The notes under the pieces were generated by a model that saw nothing but the letters and a program-made list of their open reading frames with translations, searched no databases and was not told the DNA's origin. Made by a program: the position numbers and the translations under genes. 64,000 nucleotides of DNA from NCBI GenBank assembly GCA_043814605.1, contig JBDRJV010000022.1, positions 149,305 through 213,304 of the forward strand, written 5' to 3'. Origin of the DNA: Candidatus Omnitrophota bacterium. Its GTDB lineage: Bacteria > Omnitrophota > Gorgyraeia > B26-G9. Positions 12,284 to 21,815 of this stretch are shown piece after piece; the stretch's first letter is position 1; every line of letters begins with the position of its first letter.

Positions 12284-13858
12284 TTACTTTGCGTATTCGA
12301 CAACTCTCTTTTCCCGGATTACCGTAACCTTAACTTGTCCTGGATATTCAAGTTCGTTTTCAATTTTCTTAGTAATCTCTCTTGCCAGTACCGCAGATTC
12401 TGTATCACCCACTTTATCCGGATGCACAATAACCCTGATCTCCCGTCCGGCCTGAATTGCAAAAGCTTTGTCTACGCCTTTGAATGAATCGGCAATTCCT
12501 TCAAGTTTTTCCAAGCGTTTAATATAAATTTCTAATGTTTCCCGCCGTGCGCCTGGACGCGTTGCACTAATTGCATCTGCCGCCTGCACTAAAACACCAT
12601 AAATTGAATTTGACTCAACCTCATCATGATGCGCAGCAATTGCATTGACTATTTCTTCGGTTTCTCCGTATTTCTTAGCCAAATCCGCACCAATACCCGC
12701 ATGCGTACCTTCTAACTCATGGTCTACAGATTTTCCTAAATCATGTAATAAGCCGATACGTTTTGCTAAAATCGAATTTAGTTTTAGTTCTCCGGCTAAT
12801 AAACCCATAATAAAGGCAACTTCTTTAGAATGTTGTAATACATTTTGCCCATAGCTGGTTCTATATTTTAAACGGCCGAGAAGTTTTACCACTTCCGGGT
12901 GTATTCTTTGTATCCCGACATCAAAAATTACGCGTTCCCCTTCTTCTTTAATACTCTGGGCCATTTCTTTTTTTACTTTTTCGACAACTTCTTCAATCCG
13001 GGCAGGATGAATTCGTCCGTTTGAGATTAACCGTTCCAGTGATAATCGGGCAATTTCCCGGCGAATCGGATCAAATCCGGAAAGAGTTACTGCCTCAGGC
13101 GTATCATCAATAATTACATCAATGCCGGTTGCAACTTCTAATGATTTAATATTTCTTCCTTCCCGGCCAATAATGCGTCCTTTCATATCATCACTCGGTA
13201 AACTCACCACACTAACGGTTGACTCAACGGTATGCTCTGCCGCACACCTTTGAATTGCCAGACTAATTAAATGTTTAGCTTTTTTATCTGCAGTTTCCCT
13301 AGCTTCATCTTCAATTTTTTTAATCATCATATTTGCCTCAAAACGAACTTCATCCTCCATATGCTTAAGTAAAATCTTCTTTGCTTCTTCACTGCTTAAA
13401 CCGGAAACCTTTTGCAACCGTTCTTTTTCTTCTAAGATCAGCCTATTCAATTCATTCGACTTAATCTCATTCTGCTGTTCCTTATCTATAAGAATTTTTG
13501 ACTTATTGCTTAAATCCCGCTCTTTTTTTTCCAGCAAATCAACTTTTCTGTCTAAATTTTCTTCGCGCCCGATTAAACGGCGTTCCAAGGCTAATAATTC
13601 CTGGCGCCTATTTTTCGACTCTTTTTCAAATTCGATTCTTGTTTTATAAAGCAAATCTTTTGCTTCTAAAGCTGCTTCTTTTTTCTTAGCTTGAGAAACA
13701 CGTTCTGCTTCTTCTAAAATCACTTTTGCCTTTTGTTCTGCGCTGTGTATTTTTTTCTTAGCTCTTAAAACACGGAAGGCATATCCCAGAATAAAGGCAA
13801 TAACCCCGCAAGAAACGCCAATCATTATATTTATTGAATTTAAATTTAAAATATTCAT
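12284..13858 (-). CDS. rny: Ribonuclease Y.
   Basis: There is an N-terminal transmembrane helix, then a long charged coiled-coil, then a KH domain ([15 protein letters not shown]) and an HD domain ([13 protein letters not shown]...GLLHDLGK). Confidence 0.95.
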   Translation of the reverse strand: MNILNLNSINIMIGVSCGVIAFILGYAFRVLRAKKKIHSAEQKAKVILEEAERVSQAKKKEAALEAKDLLYKTRIEFEKESKNRRQELLALERRLIGREENLDRKVDLLEKKERDLSNKSKILIDKEQQNEIKSNELNRLILEEKERLQKVSGLSSEEAKKILLKHMEDEVRFEANMMIKKIEDEARETADKKAKHLISLAIQRCAAEHTVESTVSVVSLPSDDMKGRIIGREGRNIKSLEVATGIDVIIDDTPEAVTLSGFDPIRREIARLSLERLISNGRIHPARIEEVVEKVKKEMAQSIKEEGERVIFDVGIQRIHPEVVKLLGRLKYRTSYGQNVLQHSKEVAFIMGLLAGELKLNSILAKRIGLLHDLGKSVDHELEGTHAGIGADLAKKYGETEEIVNAIAAHHDEVESNSIYGVLVQAADAISATRPGARRETLEIYIKRLEKLEGIADSFKGVDKAFAIQAGREIRVIVHPDKVGDTESAVLAREITKKIENELEYPGQVKVTVIREKRVVEYAK

Positions 13859-13962
13859 CTGACCCTACACCTCCTTAAGTTGTATAACCTAAGCGTAAAT
13901 TAAAGTTATTAAAATTGAACTTGAATTATTCGATAGCAAATGAAAGAAAAAGTGATGATTAA

Positions 13963-14517
13963 TCAGGCAAAGATTAGCTTAGTGAGTGGAACATCATGGG
14001 ATAAGACAGCTAAACGTTTAACGATTTGAAATTTAAACGCCAGCCCAAACATTGTCACATTTCTTTTACTAAATTTCTTTAAGAATCTATCAAAATAGCC
14101 TCCCCCGCGGCCTAGACGATTGCCCTGTCGGTCAAAAGCTATTCCCGGAACAATAATTAAATCAATAGTTTTTAGTAATACCTTTTTCATAAATTGTTTT
14201 TTTGGCTGATAGATTCCATAAGGACCCCGGCTTAATTCTTTATTAAATCCTTTTAACTGGCAGGGGATAATCTTTTTTTCTTTAACCAATGTTACTGGAA
14301 CAACTATCTTTTTTCCCATTTTAAGCGCATCTTTAATCATTGCTGCTGTGTCTACTTCATCTTTTTTTGCTATATAAAACATTATTGTATCTGCTTGTAA
14401 AAACTGAGGTTGTAAAAATAACTGCTTTTTAATTTTTAAACTTCTCTTTTGTCTTAACTCCTCTCTTTGCTTTTTTAATTTCTCGAGTATTTTCAGTCTG
14501 ATTTGCTGTTTTTCCAT
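13963..14517 (-). CDS. 5-formyltetrahydrofolate cyclo-ligase.
   Basis: The C-terminal signature VPGIAFDRQGNRLGRGGGYFDRFL is typical of the MTHFS/YgfA family. Confidence 0.85.
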   Translation of the reverse strand: MEKQQIRLKILEKLKKQREELRQKRSLKIKKQLFLQPQFLQADTIMFYIAKKDEVDTAAMIKDALKMGKKIVVPVTLVKEKKIIPCQLKGFNKELSRGPYGIYQPKKQFMKKVLLKTIDLIIVPGIAFDRQGNRLGRGGGYFDRFLKKFSKRNVTMFGLAFKFQIVKRLAVLSHDVPLTKLIFA

Positions 14518-14576
14518 TAAAATCTTTACCTTTAAAATTGTACCTTAAACCAAAATAAATGTCAAGAAATGCAAAT

Positions 14577-14909
14577 TTAAGCCTTTCTAGACCCACGAAT
14601 TTGAAATAACCAGCCAATTTTTGTGTATTTTAAGAGAAAACACAGACAAATTGTAAAAATCAGCCAAAATATATTCAACGCTCCCATATTTTGAAAATAA
14701 TTCAGGATTAATTTTATTCCGATAACCCCAAAAATTGCCTTTTTTGTCCAAATTTCCTGTTTTTTAAAATTAATGATCACAAAAAACTGCACAATTCCTA
14801 AACAAATTGTAATAATATGAAAAATAAAAGGAGTTAAAAATGCACTGGAACGAATAAAAATAAAACCCATAACCCCATGATATATTGTCATTCCCGCATT
14901 AAAAAACAT
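14577..14909 (-). CDS. Hypothetical small membrane protein.
   Basis: 110-aa ORF with about three hydrophobic helices. No homology was recognised, and this could be a chance ORF in AT-rich DNA. Confidence 0.3.
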   Translation of the reverse strand: MFFNAGMTIYHGVMGFIFIRSSAFLTPFIFHIITICLGIVQFFVIINFKKQEIWTKKAIFGVIGIKLILNYFQNMGALNIFWLIFTICLCFLLKYTKIGWLFQIRGSRKA

Positions 14910-15071
14910 ACTGCCAAAGATTAAATTCAGATAAAAATCAGATTTTTTTTTTAGGCCAGTGATCTAGTCCGGTTTGAATTTCATTCATTTTTTAATTTTT
15001 CCTCATTTTAGCTCATGGTTGCTTTGAAAATTATTATAACACAAAAAATTGGAAGAGAAAGTTTTTATTGT

Positions 15072-16880
15072 TTATATTGAAGTATTGATTATTGCGGGAA
15101 GGATTAATCCCTTCGGTGATATTTTATTAAATTTCAGGAGAAAACTCTCATCAACATATAAATCTTTTGTTGTTTGATTAGCCTTTAAAATACTCAGCCA
15201 GCCTTGTGCAAATAGGGAAAGACTCTCCTGCTCTGAAATTCCTTTGTATTTACCTTTTGCATTTAAAACCGCAAAAATAGTGCTTAATTTAGCCTGATTA
15301 AAGTATTTTTTAATAATCAATAAAATATCCTGCCATTTTCTCTCATTCCAACTATCTATTGTTAACTCTGATACAATTTTAGTATTTTTTTCTAATTCGC
15401 TAAGTAAATAGTTTTTATTTATGTTTTTTAAATTATTACGATTTTGATAAAACATATTAAAGGTTTTACGCAATTGGTCTAATAATATTTTTTCAGATTG
15501 CCTTTGCTGAATCATTGCTTTTAAATTTTGGGAGTCCTCTCCCTTGGCATTTAAAAACTTTTTTATTATTGCTGCTAAACTATTTTGATTTTTTAAAATC
15601 GGCTTTAGGCCGAATTGCTGCTGGCTAAAATCCATATTCTCAAACATTGTAAGAATTTCTAAATCCGCTAAAACCTTTGCTTCATCAATATCTTCCTGCG
15701 TTAAAATCTCAGTCAAATAGTCTAAACAAAGATTGGGATAAATATACGCCAGTAAAAAATCATAAATACCGGAGATACGGGCTTTTTTATTCGTAATCAA
15801 AGGGCTATGTTTGGCTTTTTCAACATACTCAATATAAACATCTTTGATTAGTTTTGCCTGAGATGTTTGTTCCTGCTCAAGTACAAGCAAATCATCTTTT
15901 CCTATAATCCAACGCACAGGTATTTCTATTTTACTTAAGCGCTTCCGGTTATCTACTTTTTTTAGTGCTTTCAATCTCAATGTTATTTCCCGTAAAGTTG
16001 TTTGATTAAAATTTTCCATGTAATCAATTATGGCAATTTTAAAATCCGGGTTGATCAGGGCCATAGCCACAAATGTATTAATTACCTGTCTGAGAAAGGT
16101 ATACCGATAACTAAAAATTACAGCTGTATTAATTATTTTCCTGATACTCCCTTTTTTTTCTGAACCTAATAGATCCAATATATTTATAACATGCTCATAA
16201 ACATTTTCAGCATTTTTTTTATTTCTAACTTTTAAAAAACTGCGGAACGGATTTAAAAAAGTTGTGGAAATGAAAACTGCCCCTTTTACAAAATTTTGCA
16301 CGGTGATTTTAATTGTTAATTGCGGCAAATTACTTAGTTCTATACCTCCTTTACTAAATCCAAAAGCAACAATATTTTTTAAATGCAGTTTTTTTGCAAC
16401 TGCCTTTAAATCTCTTATCGAATTATTAATATCCGGATCATCATTATCATCCTGGCTTGGGCCTGATTTTCCATGACCACGCGCATCCATGGTTACAATT
16501 TTTGCCCAATCTTCAAACCAGCTTAAGGTTGTACGCCAAATAGTTGAATTCTGTGAAATACCGTGCAAGAAAAATAAAGTTAACGCACTTTTTTTATTCC
16601 CGCCGTAAATATAATGAATGCGGGTTCCATCTTGTGATATTACATTATCAGATTCTATATCTAAAAACTTATGAATATCTGTTTTCATTTCCTTGGGGGT
16701 TGTTTTACTAATACTGCTTTGGGCTAATCCAATTTTTTCTAAAAAATCATTTACTACATCGATAACAAACTTATCAATAATTTCTTTTTGAAATTTCTGG
16801 GTAAAAGTCAATCTCTGATGTTTTTTTACTAATTTTAATAATGCTCTTACCTGTTTATCTTTTTTTGCCAGTTTTTCCAA
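15072..16880 (-). CDS. Alpha/beta-hydrolase domain protein with a long C-terminal extension.
   Basis: The oxyanion and entry motif LFFLHGISQNS is present, and the nucleophile elbow GFSKGG fits the GxSxG pattern. The C-terminal ~300 aa are of unknown function. Confidence 0.7.
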   Translation of the reverse strand: MEKLAKKDKQVRALLKLVKKHQRLTFTQKFQKEIIDKFVIDVVNDFLEKIGLAQSSISKTTPKEMKTDIHKFLDIESDNVISQDGTRIHYIYGGNKKSALTLFFLHGISQNSTIWRTTLSWFEDWAKIVTMDARGHGKSGPSQDDNDDPDINNSIRDLKAVAKKLHLKNIVAFGFSKGGIELSNLPQLTIKITVQNFVKGAVFISTTFLNPFRSFLKVRNKKNAENVYEHVINILDLLGSEKKGSIRKIINTAVIFSYRYTFLRQVINTFVAMALINPDFKIAIIDYMENFNQTTLREITLRLKALKKVDNRKRLSKIEIPVRWIIGKDDLLVLEQEQTSQAKLIKDVYIEYVEKAKHSPLITNKKARISGIYDFLLAYIYPNLCLDYLTEILTQEDIDEAKVLADLEILTMFENMDFSQQQFGLKPILKNQNSLAAIIKKFLNAKGEDSQNLKAMIQQRQSEKILLDQLRKTFNMFYQNRNNLKNINKNYLLSELEKNTKIVSELTIDSWNERKWQDILLIIKKYFNQAKLSTIFAVLNAKGKYKGISEQESLSLFAQGWLSILKANQTTKDLYVDESFLLKFNKISPKGLILPAIINTSI

Positions 16881-16891
16881 AGTTTTAATAA

Positions 16892-17596
16892 TTATTTTTT
16901 TTGATTTGAATTTAATCTTTGAAAATATAAGAGTGTCCTCCCCATTGATTGAGATTTAGTATGAAAAAACAATATATTTACTGTATAAACATAGCAAAAT
17001 AACTTAAATTCATTATCTATCTTTTTATTGCCAAATAATTGTTCAGACCAGATTACTGTTCCATCCGGCAGAATACGGGGTAAAATCTGATGGATCGGTT
17101 CTTTTACATTATATATATTTATATTTTTTAATAAACGCATACCCGAAAGAGTAATGAATTTTTTCTCGGTAAAATTATTTAAAACAATTTCAAAAGATTT
17201 TTCTCTTTTAATAAATTCTTCTCTTAGCTTAAAAAATAATTGCTCAAAATACTTGCCTTTTTCAATGTTACCTTTCTGAGTTTTATATTTATCCTTTTCT
17301 CCTTTGGAAGATAATTGATATGCAGGTTTTAAATAATGGGCTTTTTCATAAAGCTCAAATAACTCCTGAGGGTTAGCATGAGCGTATTGCTGATTACTAA
17401 AATTAGCAGAAATTGTCTTAAATCCGGATTTAAAGATATTAATGTTTATGGTTATCTGGGGGGATAAAAATGATTTATTTTCTTGCGCATGAATAAAATT
17501 TAAATTAACCGCAAAAACAATATTTTGTGTTAAAAATATTGAACTTAAAATTATTGTAATATAAAAGACAGTTTTTCGATAAATAAGCTTAGACAT
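16892..17596 (-). CDS. Hypothetical secreted protein.
   Basis: 234-aa ORF with an N-terminal hydrophobic signal-like segment (VFYITIILSSIFLTQNIVFA). It ends 11 nt upstream of the hydrolase gene. Confidence 0.5.
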   Translation of the reverse strand: MSKLIYRKTVFYITIILSSIFLTQNIVFAVNLNFIHAQENKSFLSPQITININIFKSGFKTISANFSNQQYAHANPQELFELYEKAHYLKPAYQLSSKGEKDKYKTQKGNIEKGKYFEQLFFKLREEFIKREKSFEIVLNNFTEKKFITLSGMRLLKNINIYNVKEPIHQILPRILPDGTVIWSEQLFGNKKIDNEFKLFCYVYTVNILFFHTKSQSMGRTLLYFQRLNSNQKK

Positions 17597-17768
17597 ATTT
17601 AGTAGTCAGCATTTAGACTTCTGTGTTTTTAGTAGTTAAAACAGATGTAAAAGTATACCATACCACAGAGTTTTATGCAAACGAAACTAAATTTGTATCT
17701 TCTTTATTTGCAAATAGTTACAAACTAAAATATGTCTTAAAAATAAAAATTTAACAAACGAAAGAAAA

Positions 17769-18368
17769 TTAGGCCAGCATTCCTTTTATCGGCTGGAAAC
17801 TTCTACGGTGGATTGGACAAGGGCCATGCTCAAAAATTGCCTGGGTATGAGCTTTTGTACCATAGCCTTTATGCTGAGCAAACCCGTACTCTGGATATAT
17901 TTTATCAAATTCCCGCATTAAAGAATCCCGCACAACCTTAGCAATAATGGAAGCACAGGCAATAGAAATACTTTTAGCATCACCGTTGATAATGCCACTA
18001 CAAGGATAATTTAAATTCGGAGTGTGTGGGCCATCAATCAATACCCAATCAGGTTTTGGTTCTAGTTGATCGACTGCCTGCTGCATTGCTTTTAAAGTAG
18101 CCTGGAGAATATTTAAGGTATCAATTTCTTTTTCATCAACTATCGAATAAGCAAACTGAGAATTTTCCGTGATTTCCTGGTAGGCTTTTTCTCTCTGTAA
18201 AGAGGTTAATATTTTAGAATCAGCAATTTTTTCTTTAAATAAATAGTTTGGTGTAACGATTACAGCCGCAGCCACAACCGGCCCAGCCAATGGCCCCCGG
18301 CCTGCTTCATCAACACCCGCAATATTTTTTACACCGCGGGCAAAAAGGTCTTTTTCTAACTGCCACAT
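17769..18368 (-). CDS. rnhB: Ribonuclease HII.
   Basis: The N-terminal motif [20 protein letters not shown] is followed by the characteristic DSK and downstream catalytic residues. The gene lies downstream of rplS, as in the conserved cluster. Confidence 0.95.
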   Translation of the reverse strand: MWQLEKDLFARGVKNIAGVDEAGRGPLAGPVVAAAVIVTPNYLFKEKIADSKILTSLQREKAYQEITENSQFAYSIVDEKEIDTLNILQATLKAMQQAVDQLEPKPDWVLIDGPHTPNLNYPCSGIINGDAKSISIACASIIAKVVRDSLMREFDKIYPEYGFAQHKGYGTKAHTQAIFEHGPCPIHRRSFQPIKGMLA

Positions 18369-18388
18369 TTTATGATGACCTTCAGCGT

Positions 18389-18763
18389 TTAAGATTCCAG
18401 TTCCTTTTTTTCGGTAATTTTGGTTGCTTTTTTACCTTTGCGGCCTCTTAAATAATACAATTTTGCCCGGCGCACTTTACCTTTTCTTACTACTTCCACC
18501 TTATCGATTATCGGAGATTGAACCGGGAAAACCCGTTCTACTCCTTCTCCGTAAGAAATACGTCGGACTGTAAATGTTTTGCTTGCGCCAGAACCTTTTT
18601 TATTAATCACAATACCTTCAAATGACTGGATACGCACTTTACCCTCTTCTTCCGGAATTTTTACATATACTTTTACCGTATCTCCGGGACTAAATTCAGC
18701 TATTTTTTTGTTTTCGTTTACTTCTTTTTTCTGTGTATTAGACACTTTCTCTTCCTCCTTCAT
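18389..18763 (-). CDS. rplS: 50S ribosomal protein L19.
   Basis: Core L19 sequence is present: [10 protein letters not shown]...[10 protein letters not shown]...[43 protein letters not shown]. An alternative start is the GTG at 18745, which has an AAGGAGG sequence 8 nt upstream. The ATG at 18763 has no Shine-Dalgarno sequence. Confidence 0.93.
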   Translation of the reverse strand: MKEEEKVSNTQKKEVNENKKIAEFSPGDTVKVYVKIPEEEGKVRIQSFEGIVINKKGSGASKTFTVRRISYGEGVERVFPVQSPIIDKVEVVRKGKVRRAKLYYLRGRKGKKATKITEKKELES

Positions 18764-18771
18764 GTATGTAA

Positions 18772-18793
18772 ATTATAGGCCTTTAGGCCGTCT
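18772..18793 (-). promoter_or_regulatory. Putative rplS promoter. A TATAAT -10 box (minus strand, 18777-18772) sits directly after a conserved GACGGCCTAAAGGCC palindrome module.
   Basis: The minus-strand sequence reads TTCGTAGACGGCCTAAAGGCCTATAATTTACATACATG. The same 25-nt module occurs upstream of rpsP with a single mismatch. Confidence 0.4.
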
Positions 18794-18988
18794 ACGAATT
18801 AAGTCTCGCCACTGTCCACTTCTCTGAGTTTACTTGGCGGACGAATTAAGTCTCGCCACTGTCCACTTCTCTGAGCTTACTTGGCGGACGAATTAAGTCT
18901 CGCCACTGTCCACTTCTCTGAGCTTACTTGGCGGACGAATTAAGTCTCGCCACTGTCTACTTCTCTGAGTTTACTTGGCGGACGAATT
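18794..18988. repeat. Tandem direct repeat of four copies of a 47-bp unit (ACGAATTAAGTCTCGCCACTGTCCACTTCTCTGAGTTTACTTGGCGG) plus a partial fifth copy.
   Basis: Seen directly in the sequence. Units start at 18794, 18841, 18888 and 18935, and copies differ by 1-2 point changes (T/C at GAGTT/GAGCT, CC/CT). There are no spacers between units. The repeat lies in the trmD-rplS intergenic region. Confidence 0.92.
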
Positions 18989-18997
18989 CATTGTTAA

Positions 18998-19663
18998 TTA
19001 TTCTAAAAGGTCTTTTCTTCTTAATCTGGTTCTTTTCAGGGATTGCTGTTTACGCCACTTTTCTATTTTCTTATGGTCACCGGAAATAATAATTTCCGGA
19101 ACTCTTAAATTTCGGTAAACTTGAGGTCTGGTATACTGCGGGTATTCTAGTAAATTATTTGAGAAAGATTCTTCCGCTAATGAATCTTTCTCACCTAAAA
19201 CCCCCGGAATAAGTCTGGTCACGGAATCTATAATCACCATTGCCGGGATTTCACCGCAAGTTAAAATATAATCCCCAATAGAAATTTCTTCGTCACAAAG
19301 TGTTCTAATCCGCTCATCAAAACCTTCGTAGTGGCCGCAAATTAGCAGTAAATGTTTATATTTTAAAAGTTGTTTTGCTTTTTTCTGATGAAATTTTTGT
19401 CCCTGAGGCGTAAGCAAAACCACATGTGTTTTCTGTTTACAAAGATCATCGCAGGCCTCATATACAGGCTCTGGTTTTATGATCATTCCCGGACCGCCGC
19501 CAAATGGTTTATCATCAACTGTTTTACGTTTATCATGCGTCCAGTGACGCAAATTAAAAATATTGATTTTTACTTTTTTCTTTTCTTGAGCCCTTTTTAA
19601 AATTGACTCTTTTAAAATCCCATTAAACATCTCTGGGAATAATGTTAAAATATCAATTTGCAT
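18998..19663 (-). CDS. trmD: tRNA (guanine37-N1)-methyltransferase.
   Basis: The N-terminus MQIDILTLFPEMF and the blocks RHWTHDKRKTVDDKPFGGGPGM and DDLCKQKTHVVLLTPQG match the TrmD SPOUT signature. Confidence 0.95.
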   Translation of the reverse strand: MQIDILTLFPEMFNGILKESILKRAQEKKKVKINIFNLRHWTHDKRKTVDDKPFGGGPGMIIKPEPVYEACDDLCKQKTHVVLLTPQGQKFHQKKAKQLLKYKHLLLICGHYEGFDERIRTLCDEEISIGDYILTCGEIPAMVIIDSVTRLIPGVLGEKDSLAEESFSNNLLEYPQYTRPQVYRNLRVPEIIISGDHKKIEKWRKQQSLKRTRLRRKDLLE

Positions 19664-19680
19664 AAGCGTATTCTATACTT

Positions 19681-20040
19681 TTAACGGCTTTTTATTCTAA
19701 CTTTTTCTTTTTTAGTTTCTACGGCTTGATCCCTATAGCTTTTATCCAGCTTTTCCAACCGTCTTAAGGCATGTTTGCCTTCTTTTGTTTCGGGAAAATT
19801 CTCCGCAATTTTTTTGTAATAAAAAACTGCTGTTTGCTTATCTTCTGTGTCATCCGCTAAAGCAGCGGCTTCATTCCAGGAATTTAAATAATATTTCTCT
19901 TCACTTGTTAACGCCGGCATTACTTCTGATAACTCTATCTCTTCTTTATCTTTAGATAAAAAATTTTCAAATGTTTTACATCCCGAAACAGATAAATTGA
20001 CCACGAGCAATAAAACAATAATGATTGATTGAAACATCAT
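19681..20040 (-). CDS. Small lipoprotein with a TPR-like helical domain.
   Basis: A signal peptide followed by a lipobox-like LSVSGC. It sits in the position that rimM or a KH-domain protein normally occupies between rpsP and trmD. Its ATG overlaps the rpsP stop as TAATG. Confidence 0.55.
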   Translation of the reverse strand: MMFQSIIIVLLLVVNLSVSGCKTFENFLSKDKEEIELSEVMPALTSEEKYYLNSWNEAAALADDTEDKQTAVFYYKKIAENFPETKEGKHALRRLEKLDKSYRDQAVETKKEKVRIKSR

Positions 20041-20303
20041 TAGTTCCCCTTTTTTACTTTTAATGGAATTTTTTTATTTTTAAAAATACTTTTTACAGTT
20101 GCTGACGGCTTTGCTCCCACACTTAGCCAATGCAAAACTCTTTCTTCTTTTATTTCCACTAAAGCCGGTTTTTTTGACGGATCATAAAGCCCAACTTGTT
20201 CGATAAAACGGCCCTCACGAGGTCGATATTGTTCAATAACAACAATTTTATGATGCGGTTTTCTTTTCGAACCCATTCTTGACAAACGAATAACTACTGC
20301 CAC
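20040..20303 (-). CDS. rpsP: 30S ribosomal protein S16.
   Basis: The N-terminus (M)AVVIRLSRMGSKRKPHHKIVV and the motif GLYDP match the canonical S16 sequence. The start codon is GTG, with a perfect AAGGAGGTG Shine-Dalgarno sequence 5 nt upstream. Confidence 0.95.
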   Translation of the reverse strand: MAVVIRLSRMGSKRKPHHKIVVIEQYRPREGRFIEQVGLYDPSKKPALVEIKEERVLHWLSVGAKPSATVKSIFKNKKIPLKVKKGN

Positions 20304-20330
20304 TTTCTCACCTCCTTTAAATGAGCAGAT

Positions 20331-20351
20331 AATTTACGCTTTGCGTAAATT
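20331..20351 (-). other. Perfect 9-bp stem with a 3-nt loop (AATTTACGC-TTT-GCGTAAATT) at the predicted 5' end of the rpsP leader.
   Basis: Seen directly. The hairpin abuts or overlaps the putative -10 box and lies about 25 nt upstream of the Shine-Dalgarno sequence. This placement is typical of a 5'-terminal stabilising stem-loop or an r-protein operator. Confidence 0.4.
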
Positions 20352-20378
20352 TTAGGCCTTTAGGCCGTCTGCGAATTT
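20349..20378 (-). promoter_or_regulatory. Putative rpsP promoter. A TAAAAT -10 box (minus strand, 20354-20349) is preceded by the same GACGGCCTAAAGGCC module found upstream of rplS.
   Basis: The minus-strand sequence reads TTCGCAGACGGCCTAAAGGCCTAAAATTTACGC. It is 24 of 25 identical to the rplS-upstream module. Confidence 0.4.
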
Positions 20379-20552
20379 ATCCCGAAGCTTACCCTGAGAA
20401 ATGCGTTGCATTTCCAGGACTTAGTCCCTGAAATTGTTCTTACAATTTCTAGGGGTGCGGAAAATTTCAAAGAAATTTTCAAATGTTTAAGCTTTGGGGA
20501 AATAAACTTATTTCTAAGCTATCTCTTAAATCATTATTTCAAAAATTTTCCC

Positions 20553-21815
20553 TTATTCCTTTACCCTCTTTATTTTTGCCCCTACTTTTTCTAATTTTTC
20601 TTCTATTTTTTCATATCCTCGGTCAAGGTGGTAAATTCTAGAAATTTCAGTTTTTCCCCGTGCTACAAGCCCGGCTAAAACTAAAGCTGCCGATGCTCTT
20701 AAATCTGAAGCCATGACTGGTGCCCCGCTAAGTTTTTTAACTCCCTTAACAATTGCACTAGCTCCTTCTAAAAATATTTCTGCGCCCATTCGATTAAGCT
20801 CACTCACGTGCATAAATCGATCCGGAAAAATTTTTTCAGTTAAAACACTAATCCCGTCACTAATACAGGATAATGCCATCATTTGCGCCTGCATATCCGT
20901 AGCAAATCCCGGATAAGGCAAAGTTGTAATATCTACTGGTTTTAAAGAACTTCTTCTTTTTACAATAATATTATTGTTTTGCTCTTTAATTTTTATGCCA
21001 ACTTGAGCTAACTTATCCACAAGTGCGGATAAATGAGCTAAATTAGCTTTTTTAATGATTAATTCTCCCCCGGTAATTGCGGCTGCCAGAATATGTGTAC
21101 CGGTTTCAATCCGGTCCGGAATAATTGAATAACTAGTCCCATTTAAATGCTTTACTCCTTCTATTTCAATAAGCGGCGTTCCCTGGCCTTTTATTTTAGC
21201 TCCCATTTTCACTAAAAAATCAGCCAGGTCAACTATTTCTGGCTCACAAGCTGCATTTTCAATCAGTGTCTGGCCTCTGGCTAAAACCGCACTCATTAAT
21301 ACATTGGAAGTTGCTAAAACACTGGAACCATACGCTCCGCCTAAAAATACATTAGCACCTCTTAATTTCTTGGCTTCTGCAACAATATACCCATGTTCTA
21401 TTTTTATCTTAGCGCCTAATGTACGTAATCCTTTCAAATGTAAATCAACCGGCCGCTGTCCAATTATACATCCTCCAGGCATAGATACCCGGGCTTGCTT
21501 GTGCCGGGCCAAAAGAGGACCTAAAACACAAATCGAAGCCCGCATTGTACTCACTAATTTATAGTCTGCAATAAACTGTTTGCATTTTTTCGGCTCCACA
21601 ATAACTTTATTGCCATCCATCTGTGTTTTTGCACCTAAGGCACGCAAAATTTTAAGCATTGTCAAGACATCGCGTAAAACCGGCACATTTTTAATCACAC
21701 ATTTTTCTTCTGTCAATAAAGTAGCCGCTAAAATCGGCAGGGCAGCATTTTTTGCCCCGCTGATTTCAATTTCTCCTTTTAAAGGAACTCCTCCTTCAAT
21801 AATAATCTTATCCAT
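20553..21815 (-). CDS. murA: UDP-N-acetylglucosamine 1-carboxyvinyltransferase.
   Basis: The N-terminus MDKIIIEGG.PL.GEI.ISGAKNAALPILAA matches MurA, and the active-site Cys region and overall length fit. The likely start is MDKIII at 21815; the track's longer start is at 21830. Confidence 0.93.
   Translation of the reverse strand: MDKIIIEGGVPLKGEIEISGAKNAALPILAATLLTEEKCVIKNVPVLRDVLTMLKILRALGAKTQMDGNKVIVEPKKCKQFIADYKLVSTMRASICVLGPLLARHKQARVSMPGGCIIGQRPVDLHLKGLRTLGAKIKIEHGYIVAEAKKLRGANVFLGGAYGSSVLATSNVLMSAVLARGQTLIENAACEPEIVDLADFLVKMGAKIKGQGTPLIEIEGVKHLNGTSYSIIPDRIETGTHILAAAITGGELIIKKANLAHLSALVDKLAQVGIKIKEQNNNIIVKRRSSLKPVDITTLPYPGFATDMQAQMMALSCISDGISVLTEKIFPDRFMHVSELNRMGAEIFLEGASAIVKGVKKLSGAPVMASDLRASAALVLAGLVARGKTEISRIYHLDRGYEKIEEKLEKVGAKIKRVKE

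Noticed and set aside
14429-14617. A 62-aa minus-strand ORF.
   Set aside because: It overlaps the 5' end of the cyclo-ligase gene in another frame and is Lys-rich and low-complexity.
18794-18988. The tandem 47-bp repeats could be a CRISPR array.
   Set aside because: The units are directly contiguous with no intervening unique spacers. The unit length is atypical for CRISPR. No cas genes are nearby.
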